Positions 63,997-64,000 of a DNA stretch of 64,000 bases are shown here, piece by piece. Each line of letters begins with the position of its first letter. Position 1 is the first letter of the stretch. The DNA comes from an uncultured delta proteobacterium (GTDB lineage: Bacteria; Myxococcota_A; Polyangia; Polyangiales; B10-G4). The notes below the pieces were generated by a model. It saw only the letters and a program-made list of their open reading frames with translations. It was not told where the DNA came from and made no database searches. Location of the stretch: the NCBI GenBank assembly GCA_963727445.1, contig CAVSGI010000009.1, positions 768,001-832,000 of the forward strand. Reading direction: 5' to 3'. A program made the translations under genes and the position numbers.

Positions 63997-64000
63997 TCAA
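63993..64000 (+). CDS. Probable start of the next translationally coupled gene, truncated by the window edge
   Basis: ATGA overlap with the upstream stop, AAGGAG RBS; only two complete codons visible. Confidence 0.4.

Overview
This is a very GC-rich, gene-dense chromosomal window that looks myxobacterial (Myxococcota, Polyangiales/Sandaracinaceae-like). That placement is an inference from a MYXO-CTERM-type tail, a GKADG lipoprotein motif, four Hanks-type Ser/Thr kinases and many Cys-rich lipoproteins. I call about 50 CDSs. Recognisable genes include fadI/fadJ, a GlpT-like MFS transporter, a TetR-P450 pair, moaA, a POT transporter, arsM plus a Cys-tailed ECF sigma factor, SelO, glpD, an M1 aminopeptidase, a ferritin-like protein, an M50 protease and a MoxR operon running off the right edge. 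I found no rRNA, tRNA, CRISPR array, transposase or prophage. Most notable: (1) a divergent pair of lipoprotein phosphoesterases (PLD and EEP folds), each ending in a CBM20-like starch-binding domain; (2) two structured intergenic tandem repeats (212-bp and 130-bp periods), the second with terminal inverted repeats and ends that supply both neighbours' stop codons; (3) a five-heme cytochrome on a Cys-rich stalk with a MYXO-CTERM-like anchor; (4) arsM under an ECF-type promoter with a Cys-rich sigma factor and no ArsR in the window; (5) a POT transporter with a CxxC...CxxC insert; (6) a 29-unit (NG) microsatellite. Four, probably five, genes carry single-base duplications that look like sequencing indel errors rather than true pseudogenes.
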